Source of the DNA: a virus
Strand: one strand, 5' to 3'
IMG/VR virus record: IMGVR_UViG_3300045988_168611
Span: 54,219-118,218 of that record
Length of the DNA stretch: 64,000 nucleotides
The notes under the pieces: model-generated
The model's input: the letters and a program-made list of their open reading frames with translations, nothing else
Told to the model about the DNA's origin: nothing
Database searches by the model: none
Shown: piece after piece, positions 44,508-52,639 of the stretch
How positions within the stretch are numbered: the first letter of the stretch is position 1
Layout of the letters: every line of letters begins with the position of its first letter
Position numbers and translations under genes: made by a program

Positions 44508-45041
44508 TCACCACGATGCTTCGTAGATGATCGGGTCCGTGTAGAGTTCTGCGTGCTCAACGATAGGCTTGAGAGCCTTGACGGTCTTCTTGAGATCCTC
44601 GATGTACCAGTCATCGTAGTCGGTGGAACCGAAGAAGAAGCCTGACTGTGAGGGCAAGAGCTCCATTGCCGTCTTCGGGTCAACAAGCGCTCCGTTGTCG
44701 TCAACTTCTCCCTGAAGGATTGTCTCACAACGATCAACGAGATCCTTGAGGACATCGATCGTGACTTGGACGGGCTCACAGTCATCAACACCGTGAGCAG
44801 CGTTGTCGACGAAGAACTTGTGAATTGCATTGGCCTTGCGCCAGTACATGAGTTCTTCTTCGTAAGGATCGTCGCGCTCGACGTGATGGTCGATGATGGT
44901 ATCGAGCTTACCTTCCTTATCGAGATGCTCGGCAAGGTACGGATACCTGTCGGTATATGCCTGCTTACGCATTGCGCGCTGAATCGTTTCGGGAATGCCG
45001 TCCAGGTTACGGCGGTACGACAGGTACATATCAAGTCCCAT
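44508..45041 (-). CDS. Conserved phage-type hypothetical protein (177 aa)
   Basis: The MGLDMYL N-terminus and YWRKANAIHKFF motif recall a widespread phage family of unknown function. This is recollection only. Confidence 0.6.
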   Translation of the reverse strand: MGLDMYLSYRRNLDGIPETIQRAMRKQAYTDRYPYLAEHLDKEGKLDTIIDHHVERDDPYEEELMYWRKANAIHKFFVDNAAHGVDDCEPVQVTIDVLKDLVDRCETILQGEVDDNGALVDPKTAMELLPSQSGFFFGSTDYDDWYIEDLKKTVKALKPIVEHAELYTDPIIYEASW

Positions 45042-45094
45042 GGTTGTTTCTCCTTTGTGTAGGTGTGGGTATGAGTGTTCCAGTGCGACGAGCT

Positions 45095-45646
45095 TCAGTC
45101 GCGCACCATCTTGATGAGCTGGTGAGCAACAGCGTTGATGCCGTTGCGATCCAACGGGTAGGTCTCACCGCGCGAGCCTTCTCCGTCACCGAAGAAGTTG
45201 CTCTCGTAGAGGTAGATCTCACGGGTCGTGAGGTCAATGACCGGGAATTTCGGATAGTTGCTATCCGTCAGCACCGGCTGTACCTGCTTATCGTTCGTGA
45301 AGAGAGGTGCGTCGTGAGCCACAACGAACGACACGGGCTTGATACCCGAGCCGGTCTCTTCGTCGTCGCCCCTGGTGAACGCACGCGCGAGGATCCTTAC
45401 GAAGTAGGATTCTTGCGACGCACGCTGAAGACCGTACGTGTAGCACGCGCGCAGCGCGTCCAGCACTGCGTTCATGCCGCCCCAGTGGGAGTACATGACA
45501 ACGCCGGTCACCAGATCGAGGCTGTGCGGCAACAGCTGTTCATCGGGAGCGATCTCTCGATCGCGATCCCACAGCGGCGTGCTGTTGATAACGTGCTCGA
45601 TCTGAACGCGATCGGTGATGATCACAAGGTTGGAACGGTTGCCCAT
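45095..45646 (-). CDS. Hypothetical protein (183 aa)
   Basis: Clean ORF. Confidence 0.65.
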   Translation of the reverse strand: MGNRSNLVIITDRVQIEHVINSTPLWDRDREIAPDEQLLPHSLDLVTGVVMYSHWGGMNAVLDALRACYTYGLQRASQESYFVRILARAFTRGDDEETGSGIKPVSFVVAHDAPLFTNDKQVQPVLTDSNYPKFPVIDLTTREIYLYESNFFGDGEGSRGETYPLDRNGINAVAHQLIKMVRD

Positions 45647-45696
45647 GATTGGGCTCCTTTCAGGGATTGGGAGAGAAAGTAGTGGTGAGAGAATGG

Positions 45697-45897
45697 TTAG
45701 CTGTAGTTGTCGCGGATAGCGTGCTTGAGTTCTTGTCGTTTCCGACGTTTCGCCGCACGCCTGGCTGCGATACGTGCTTTGCCGGTGGGCTCAGGGTTGC
45801 AGCATGCGCAGCCCCCATCATTAGGCGAACGCGGATGTGTTCGACTAAGCATGGGAGCGTGTTGAGCGAGTGCCAATGCTTCGTTGTTTGTTGCCAT
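45697..45897 (-). CDS. Small Cys-rich basic protein (paralog of 37286-37555)
   Basis: GGCACCNPEPTGKARIAARRAAKRRKRQEL. Start trimmed to ATG 45897. Confidence 0.5.
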   Translation of the reverse strand: MATNNEALALAQHAPMLSRTHPRSPNDGGCACCNPEPTGKARIAARRAAKRRKRQELKHAIRDNYS

Positions 45898-46028
45898 CTG
45901 TATTCTCACTTCTGACGAAAGTCGATGATGAGCTTTGCTATCATCGCTGCGATGAGTGATAGGGCAGAAATTCCTTCGATCACGTACCACGCAACAATGA
46001 GGTAGAAAAAGACAGTATCGACGTTCAA

Positions 46029-46421
46029 TCAGATCACCGGAACGATGACGGTTTCTGTTCCGTCTGCCTTGCTCTCGTCGCACAGCTGCTTGAGGGCATC
46101 CCAGTCAACACGTCGATGTTCCATCAGCGCAGTGATGAAACGGTGGAGATGCCGCGACGTGGTGTGGGTGTGGTCGAACGCATTGTTGCAGATGCGTACA
46201 ACTGGACGTGTATGAGGGGCAGAGAACGAAACGTATGCGACGACAGTCCTGTAAGAGTAGACCTCGTATTCGTATTTACCACCCAGATGTAGATGTGTAC
46301 AGCAGACGATGGTGAAGTTCCCCGAGACGGGGATGATGCCATCGGGCTGATCATAGAGTAGTTCTCGCGCGGCTTTGTCGATGCGTGTGAGAATGGGTTC
46401 TTTTTGTTGCTTGACCATCAT
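46029..46421 (-). CDS. Hypothetical protein (paralog of 37615-38013)
   Basis: Start trimmed to ATG 46421, which follows AAGGACGG, right after the end of the preceding small gene. Confidence 0.55.
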   Translation of the reverse strand: MMVKQQKEPILTRIDKAARELLYDQPDGIIPVSGNFTIVCCTHLHLGGKYEYEVYSYRTVVAYVSFSAPHTRPVVRICNNAFDHTHTTSRHLHRFITALMEHRRVDWDALKQLCDESKADGTETVIVPVI

Positions 46422-46428
46422 GGTGTGT

Positions 46429-46623
46429 TTAGCCGTCCTTCTTGTGAGAATGTTTTTCAATGGGTGCGAGGATGACAGCAGCGATGACAACGATGCTGAT
46501 AAGAGCCAGTGTAGCTGCCACGTAGTCATCGTCGACGGTTGCTCCGATCCAGTATCCAGCCACCATCGACATGATGATCGCAAGAGTGAATCGGATGATG
46601 TGGTGGAGGTTCAGCGTGCGCAT
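46429..46623 (-). CDS. Small two-TM membrane protein (64 aa)
   Basis: Hydrophobic spans FTLAIIMSMVAGYWIGA and ATLALISIVVIAAVILAPI. Confidence 0.5.
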   Translation of the reverse strand: MRTLNLHHIIRFTLAIIMSMVAGYWIGATVDDDYVAATLALISIVVIAAVILAPIEKHSHKKDG

Positions 46624-46639
46624 AGTCGGTAGTCACCGT

Positions 46640-46756
46640 TCAGTCTTCTCCGCAGGCATCGCAGTACACAGCCTCGGTGAGGCCCAGGTATGCGATAGCC
46701 TTGTCGGTGATGTTGGCGAAGACGTGAGTGCCGCATTCCGTGCAGTCGATGAACAT
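46640..46756 (-). CDS. Possible 38-aa zinc-ribbon micro-protein (below the ORF-track cut-off)
   Basis: Manual translation gives MFIDCTECGTHVFANITDKAIAYLGLTEAVYCDACGED, with two CxxC pairs. TAGGAG precedes the ATG. Confidence 0.35.
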   Translation of the reverse strand: MFIDCTECGTHVFANITDKAIAYLGLTEAVYCDACGED

Positions 46757-47132
46757 AGTAAGCTCCTATAAGTTTCTGTTTCCAGCTGGTCACAATCTAC
46801 GGCATGTCTCATAGAACCAGGGAAAGTGATCAATCTGTTTATCGGCGCTGCGAGCAGCGCCTTATTCAAACCCTTCAAGAAAGAGTAAAAGAGACAGTAA
46901 AGAACCGTAGAGAGATGCACGATATACTGGTAATCGAGCCGATTTATCGCGTTACTGCGTATATGTGTGTTACTATGGGTACTGCCTTCTCAGGCTCAGA
47001 CTGTGCGATCGTCCCAGTCAACCGTGCATCATGCGTTGACCTGTTGCGAGAAGGTTGTAGTGGTACCTGCAAGCAGGGACCACTAGCAGCAGGTCTGTTT
47101 TTTAGCTCAACAACAACAGAAAGCGAGGTACG

Positions 47133-49775
47133 ATGACTTCTCGTACGACTAAGCACAAGGGTCGCAAGGCTGTTGCTACTGCCGCGTTGATGGCGTTTGC
47201 TGGCGCGGCCCTCGTGGGTGCAAATCCCGCGTTTGCCGATAACGGCGGCTCTGGCGGTACCACCGGTGGCAACCTGGGTGCTGCCGGAAATTTGGGCATC
47301 CGCTACGCGTTTTTCGATGATGCTGTGGCGAACCCGCAGGGTGGCCAGGCTCTGGTTTCCCAGGGATGGGGCCAGGACAGTATCAACTGGTTCATGGATA
47401 AGGCCGGTATCACTGGTACCTACATGGCCAACCAGTTCCAGACTTCGTGTGGCGAGGCTCTGAACGAGGCTATCTCTCGTGGCCAGGCTGCTGGTGGATC
47501 CAACGTCACGGCTCGTGTGGTCGGCATCATGTATGCCACCAACAACGGCAACAACGGTGGCGCTGCTGCGCGCTCTGCGCAGTACTTCTACGACAAGGCC
47601 GAGGAATGGCGCACGGACGGCTACCCCGGCATGTACAACCGTTCGGCTGAGATCGCAGGTTTCATCTACAACCTTGCGCAGACCGGTGTCGGCAAGGCGT
47701 CTGGTTTGCCGAATGATGGCAACGCCTACGGTGAGCCGTATGTGTCCACTGCCTGTGTGGCCGTCAACAGTGAAGAGCCTGTGGGCATCTCCGCTCCGCC
47801 TCCGCCGCCTACCTACGACTTGACGGTGACGACCGATCATGCGTCGACCGTGACCGAGGCTGGCAGCACTGTGCCGGTCTACGACACGATCCATGCATCG
47901 CGTGGTGGCAAGGGCGTGGATGAGAACGTCGACGCTGAGGTTGTTCTGACCTACGAAGGCCCTGAGGGCAACAAGTCTGTGACCAAGACTGTGTCGATCG
48001 CTAACAACGGTGATACGAAGTCGCCTGAGTTCACTCCGGCTGACTTTGGCTGGACCTCGTGGCCTGCCACCGGCGAGGGCAAGAGCTTCTGGTTCGACGT
48101 GAAGGTCGCCAAGCAGGGCAACATGAACGAAGCGGTGGACACCGCCGATCGTGAGCCGTCTGAGTCTTGGACGGTTAAGCCCAAGAACCCTGTGAAGGTT
48201 CTGACCAACGGTGAAACCGGTTCTGGTCTGACCGAGAAGGACGTGTTGGCCAACAACATGTTCTACAACGCGAACATCACGGCCCACTCCAACGGTTACG
48301 CCTCGCAGCTGACCATCACTGATACGGTGAACACCGCCGATGTCACGATCGGTGGTAAGGATGCAGACGACGCTGGTCGCGTGCAGGTGCTCGGCCCCGA
48401 TGGTCAGCGCATTAAGGCTGATGTCACCATTGATCGTTCGATCGAGGGCAAGGTTGTCATCTCCGGTACTGTGAAGGACATGGAGAAGCAGGGCAACTAC
48501 ACCCTGATGGTTCCGACCTACACGAAGGCGACTGGTGCTGACTACCGTATCCCGGATGACTCCAAGGTGTGCTACACCGAGGCCCAGGATCACTGCCTGG
48601 CTGGTAACTCTGCTGAGACCGGCAAGGTGACCCCGGATCCTGACAAGGTGTGGACTGCTGATGAGACCGAGGCGCGTACGACTGCTGACCCCGAGCGCAC
48701 GAACCAGAAGGGTGTGGACCAGAAGTCCTTCCTGCCCGGTGACAAGGTCTCGGCTGTGGTCAACGATCACATCGCCGCGTACCTCCAGTACGGCCTCGAA
48801 GAGTACAGCATCACTGATGACTGGTCGGATGGCCTGACCTACGTCACGATGGACGGTGCTCCGAAGGTCTACTTCCAGGGCAACGATGTCACGGATCTGT
48901 TCGAGATCACCAACGACATCGAGAAGGGTGTGACCACCGCGAAGGCGAAGCCTGAGTTCCTGGCCAAGACTGCTCGTATGACTGAGCCCGGTGAGGTCAA
49001 GCTGGTTATTTCTGGTCAGTTCCGTCGTGACTACGACACGGACGGGGAGACGAAGCAGCTTATCAACAAGGGTTCTGTCACGTGGAACAACGAGTCTAAG
49101 GTCACCAATGAGCCGCCTATCTTCACGGTGACTCCCAAGCCCGCGATCGACGTGGAGAAGTTCACGCTGTCTGAGGGTCTTGAGGCTGGTGACCGCGACG
49201 AGGCCGATAACGCTCTGACTCTCGCGTCTGCGAAGGACGAGACTCAGATCGGCTTCCTGGTGAAGAACACCGGCGAGGCTGACCTCGTGAACGTCTCGCT
49301 CACCGATGCGACGCATGAGGGCACCACCGGTAACGTCACCGGTATCGTTTGTGAGATTCCGGCTGAGCAGGCTGCTGCTGATCCGGCGAATGCCGGTGTG
49401 ACCGGTGGCGCGACTGCGCAGACTGTGAAGGTTGCTGGTGACAAGATCGGTACCCTGAAGGTCGGTCAGTCTGTGTCCTGTGTCGGTACTCTGACCGGCG
49501 TTGAAGAGGGCACGCTGCACTCTGACACTGCCACTGTGGTTGGCGAGTCCATCCACAACGGGAAGAAGGTCTCTGACTCTGACGACTGGCACGCGAAGGT
49601 GGACTCTCCTGAGCAGCCCGCTCCGAAGGGCGCTGTGACCGGTGAGGCCGCAGGTGCAAACACTGGTCTGCTGGGCGTTCTCGGCGCTCTGATGGCCGCG
49701 ATCGGTCTGGGTGGCGGCGCTACTTACCTGAACAAGGCGCGCCGCAACAAGGCTCAGGTTGCCGTGAAGCACTGA
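47133..49775 (+). CDS. Large secreted surface protein (880 aa) with C-terminal sorting-type signal
   Basis: Signal peptide ends ANPAFA. Beta-rich repeats. The C-terminus is KGAVTGEAAGANTG, then the TM segment LLGVLGALMAAIGLGGGA, then the basic tail KARRNK. Confidence 0.8.
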   Translation: MTSRTTKHKGRKAVATAALMAFAGAALVGANPAFADNGGSGGTTGGNLGAAGNLGIRYAFFDDAVANPQGGQALVSQGWGQDSINWFMDKAGITGTYMANQFQTSCGEALNEAISRGQAAGGSNVTARVVGIMYATNNGNNGGAAARSAQYFYDKAEEWRTDGYPGMYNRSAEIAGFIYNLAQTGVGKASGLPNDGNAYGEPYVSTACVAVNSEEPVGISAPPPPPTYDLTVTTDHASTVTEAGSTVPVYDTIHASRGGKGVDENVDAEVVLTYEGPEGNKSVTKTVSIANNGDTKSPEFTPADFGWTSWPATGEGKSFWFDVKVAKQGNMNEAVDTADREPSESWTVKPKNPVKVLTNGETGSGLTEKDVLANNMFYNANITAHSNGYASQLTITDTVNTADVTIGGKDADDAGRVQVLGPDGQRIKADVTIDRSIEGKVVISGTVKDMEKQGNYTLMVPTYTKATGADYRIPDDSKVCYTEAQDHCLAGNSAETGKVTPDPDKVWTADETEARTTADPERTNQKGVDQKSFLPGDKVSAVVNDHIAAYLQYGLEEYSITDDWSDGLTYVTMDGAPKVYFQGNDVTDLFEITNDIEKGVTTAKAKPEFLAKTARMTEPGEVKLVISGQFRRDYDTDGETKQLINKGSVTWNNESKVTNEPPIFTVTPKPAIDVEKFTLSEGLEAGDRDEADNALTLASAKDETQIGFLVKNTGEADLVNVSLTDATHEGTTGNVTGIVCEIPAEQAAADPANAGVTGGATAQTVKVAGDKIGTLKVGQSVSCVGTLTGVEEGTLHSDTATVVGESIHNGKKVSDSDDWHAKVDSPEQPAPKGAVTGEAAGANTGLLGVLGALMAAIGLGGGATYLNKARRNKAQVAVKH

Positions 49776-49813
49776 TGTGCTAATATGGTCACTGTTCTGA
49801 GAAGGTGATCAGT

Positions 49814-49864
49814 ACGTAACCCCCGTGGTAGCTCTTCGCTGCTGCGGGGGTTACGTGTATTTTG
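49814..49864 (+). terminator. Terminator of the surface-protein gene
   Basis: ACGTAACCCCCG (49814-49825) pairs with CGGGGGTTACGT (49845-49856), followed by GTATTTTG. Confidence 0.65.
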
Positions 49865-49941
49865 CGCATGGATGGACAGTGCCATATGTAGTAGAATGGC
49901 TCGTGTACCAGTAGAATCGCCTAAGAAAAGAGGTCTTATTG

Positions 49942-50643
49942 ATGACTGTCCCTGTGATTATGATGCCTGATGTTGACGCCGTTCCTGCTCTGATCGATCG
50001 CCGTGATGTGCCTACCTCGTTGGTCGGTTTCGTCGGTCTCAAGCGATCGGGCAAAGACACTGCTGCGCAGGGTCTTATTGCACGAGGTTGGAAGCGTATG
50101 GCGTTTGCCGATCCGCTCAAAGAGATGAGCATGAAGCTACGCGGCGTGTGGGTCGAAGTGCCAGAAGAAGCGCGTCTTGATAGCACTATTACCGTGGTGG
50201 GCGGTTTCGCCAAGTATCACGAGGTGGTCGACGCTCTGGGTATGGAGAAGGCGAAGGATCTCGTGCCTGATGTGCGCACTGTGCTCCAAACGCTGGGCAC
50301 GGACTGCGTGCGCGACACACTGGGCGAGCGAACGTGGACGGACCTGACCGGCCAGCGCGTCCAGGAAGAGCTCGCTCGTGGTGAAGCTGTGGCGCTCACT
50401 GATGTCCGGTTTGATGAAGAGTTTAACCTCGTGCATGATCTCGGAGGCATCGTCATTGGCGTGTGGCGAGGGGATCAGGATTCCCTCGATCGAGCACTGG
50501 TTGACGCATCTGTCGGGGCGCTGGGTGCTGATCACGTGTCGGAAACCAACGCGTACAGCCTGTTGCAGCGTGCCGATGTCGTGATCTGCAACTGTGGGTC
50601 TGTTGATGATCTGCATCGTGCTGTCTGGGACATTGTTGGCTAA
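49942..50643 (+). CDS. P-loop protein resembling phage deoxynucleoside monophosphate kinase
   Basis: GFVGLKRSGKDT Walker A followed by FADPLK, as in dNMP-kinase-like phage proteins. ATG 49942 follows AAAAGAGG. Confidence 0.5.
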   Translation: MTVPVIMMPDVDAVPALIDRRDVPTSLVGFVGLKRSGKDTAAQGLIARGWKRMAFADPLKEMSMKLRGVWVEVPEEARLDSTITVVGGFAKYHEVVDALGMEKAKDLVPDVRTVLQTLGTDCVRDTLGERTWTDLTGQRVQEELARGEAVALTDVRFDEEFNLVHDLGGIVIGVWRGDQDSLDRALVDASVGALGADHVSETNAYSLLQRADVVICNCGSVDDLHRAVWDIVG

Positions 50644-50667
50644 TAGTTGGTCCCAGCACTGCGCATG

Positions 50668-50791
50668 TGGCGCTTATCTGGTCATAACGTGACCTGGTAA
50701 GCGCCGTTTTGCTTGATGTATGAGGCGAATGGGTGTATCATGGCCTATAGATGACCAGATAAGAACCACTCGTCATCTGGTTATGTGGTCC
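50668..50791. promoter_or_regulatory. Two CCAGATAAG-type palindromes flanking the presumed promoter of the RHH-ParM-sortase operon (parC-like or operator)
   Basis: GGCGCTTATCTGGTCA-n5-TGACCTGGTAAGCGCC spans 50669-50705 and is followed by GTTTTG, so it may also terminate the upstream gene. ACCAGATAAG...ATCTGGTTAT spans 50753-50785. Confidence 0.45.
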
Positions 50792-50821
50792 ACTATCAAG
50801 ATCGAGAAGAGAGAGGTGTTT

Positions 50822-51280
50822 ATGCCTAAGCGTTTCACTGGGTCTGTCCCACGCCCGACGGCGCGCCGTTTCCGGGTCTCTGTGCCCGATGCTGATGAGT
50901 CTGTGCTGGCTTGGATCGGCGCGCAGTCGGATCTCAGCGCGTCTGTGCGCAGCCTGATCCGAGAGGCGATCGAGCGACACGGGTACCGTGACGCGACGTG
51001 CTATCCGGTGGTTCAGCAGCCGCGTCGAGGCCGTCCGCCTAAATCAACAGAGCAGCTTACAGAACAGGCAGAACAGCTTGAGACTGTCGACGGTCACCCG
51101 ATCGCTCAGTCGATCGGCATACTGATGCCGAAGCCGGAGCTGGATCACGAGCTTCTCATGGTTCCTGCGTCGCATGAAGATGTCACCGATGAGCCTGAGA
51201 TTCTTGATGATTCTGACGGTTCCGATGATGCTGTCAACCCCCTGAACGATATGGAAGATGTGCTTGGCGCACTGCGTTGA
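50822..51280 (+). CDS. Putative ribbon-helix-helix DNA-binding protein with acidic tail (ParR/CopG-like adaptor candidate)
   Basis: RRFRVSVPDADESVLAWIGAQSDLSASVRSLIREAIERHG fits a beta-strand/helix/helix RHH pattern. Sits immediately upstream of the ParM-like gene. Start at ATG 50822 follows GAGAGAGG. Confidence 0.5.
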   Translation: MPKRFTGSVPRPTARRFRVSVPDADESVLAWIGAQSDLSASVRSLIREAIERHGYRDATCYPVVQQPRRGRPPKSTEQLTEQAEQLETVDGHPIAQSIGILMPKPELDHELLMVPASHEDVTDEPEILDDSDGSDDAVNPLNDMEDVLGALR

Positions 51281-51309
51281 GTCCAGACAACAAAGAAAGT
51301 GAGTAACCT

Positions 51310-52635
51310 ATGACTTCTGCAATCCCTGCCTCTCTGAACACGATGTCGCTTCTTGGCGGTATCGATGTCGGTAACGGCTACGTTAAGGGTCTGGTGCGGG
51401 GGACGCGCACCGATAAGGCTGGTAAGCCTGTGATCGACACGATCGATCTCCCCAGCGGCGTGACGCGGGTGACTCGGCCTAACTCTCTACCAAAGGAGGA
51501 TACTGAGGCCGAAGACGTGTGCGCCAATGATCTGTATAACCACCTCGATGTGTCGTTCTCGTCCTCAATGGTCTCAAACTCGTACCGACACCTGTTTGGT
51601 AAGCGAGCTCTGACCGCGAACGGCGCGTTCGATGAGTTCAACGTTGTGGGCAGACGGTCGAAGGCCGAGCAGGAGCTATCTAAGGTGCTGATCCTTGGTG
51701 TGTTCGCTGCGAAGGCTCTGCGTGACTATGTGGCTGTTGCTAAGACGCTGCCTGTATCGGAGCTTATTGTCGACGCGTGCGTGGCTGTTGCTCTGCCGAT
51801 CGATGAGTACATGCGTCACCGCACCAGCTACAGTGCTGAGTTCATGAACGGTACGCACCTGGTCACCGTGCACAACTTCGAGACGCCTGTCGTGGTGCGC
51901 ATTACGTTCCGTGATGTGGTGGTGATGGCCGAAGGTGCATCTGCGCAGTGGGCCATCACGGAGAAGGGTGTGCCGCTCATGCAAGCGATGCTTGCTGACG
52001 TGCGTTCTCGTGGTCTCGCACTGGAAGGTGTCACGGCAGAAGATGTCCTGGCAGCTCGTAATACGATCGGTATCGACATCGGTGAGGGAACGATTAACTT
52101 CCCGGTGTTTACCAACGGCAAGTTCAACGCAGACGCCTCTGTGACGTTCGGTGAAGGCTACGGCACTGTGCTGACCCGTGCGTTGGAGTCCATGGACGCG
52201 GAAGGCTTCCACACTGGTTTCACCAGCCGGAAGCAGCTGGCGGATTTCCTCCAGCGTGAGCCCTCGCCGTTGAAGTGGCACTTCTACAACAAGGTGCGTG
52301 CCTACGTCGACCGTGAGATCGAGTTCTTCGCACGAGCTGCGTCTGACCAGTTCGGTCGTGTTCTCGGCGTTGTTGGTGCGACGACTGAGGTCGTATTCGT
52401 GTTCGGCGGTGGCTCTGGCCCTGTGAAGGACGCGCTGTATCCGCTCTTGCTGAGCAAGGTGGCAGAAATGAACACCGAGGACGCAATGCCGGTCTTGTAC
52501 TTGGATGCGTCTTATTCTCGCTCTCTGAACCGTGAGGGTCTGTACTCGATCGCTCAGGCGTCTGCTGCGCAGTCCAGCAAGGCTGCGAAGCCTGCTAAGC
52601 GTGCTGCCAAGAACAGCACGAAGAACGGAGAGTGA
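51310..52635 (+). CDS. ParM/StbA-like actin-fold ATPase
   Basis: Phosphate-1 GGIDVGNGYVKG, phosphate-2 IGIDIGEGTINF and adenosine motif VFVFGGGSG. Confidence 0.75.
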   Translation: MTSAIPASLNTMSLLGGIDVGNGYVKGLVRGTRTDKAGKPVIDTIDLPSGVTRVTRPNSLPKEDTEAEDVCANDLYNHLDVSFSSSMVSNSYRHLFGKRALTANGAFDEFNVVGRRSKAEQELSKVLILGVFAAKALRDYVAVAKTLPVSELIVDACVAVALPIDEYMRHRTSYSAEFMNGTHLVTVHNFETPVVVRITFRDVVVMAEGASAQWAITEKGVPLMQAMLADVRSRGLALEGVTAEDVLAARNTIGIDIGEGTINFPVFTNGKFNADASVTFGEGYGTVLTRALESMDAEGFHTGFTSRKQLADFLQREPSPLKWHFYNKVRAYVDREIEFFARAASDQFGRVLGVVGATTEVVFVFGGGSGPVKDALYPLLLSKVAEMNTEDAMPVLYLDASYSRSLNREGLYSIAQASAAQSSKAAKPAKRAAKNSTKNGE

Positions 52636-52639
52636 GCAG

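Noticed and set aside
46944-49772. 942-aa minus-strand ORF, the longest in the window
   Set aside because: It is exactly antisense to the 880-aa surface-protein gene. Its product is an R/L/G/V/S-rich low-complexity string with no start context. The plus-strand protein has a signal peptide, a sorting signal, an SD and a terminator.
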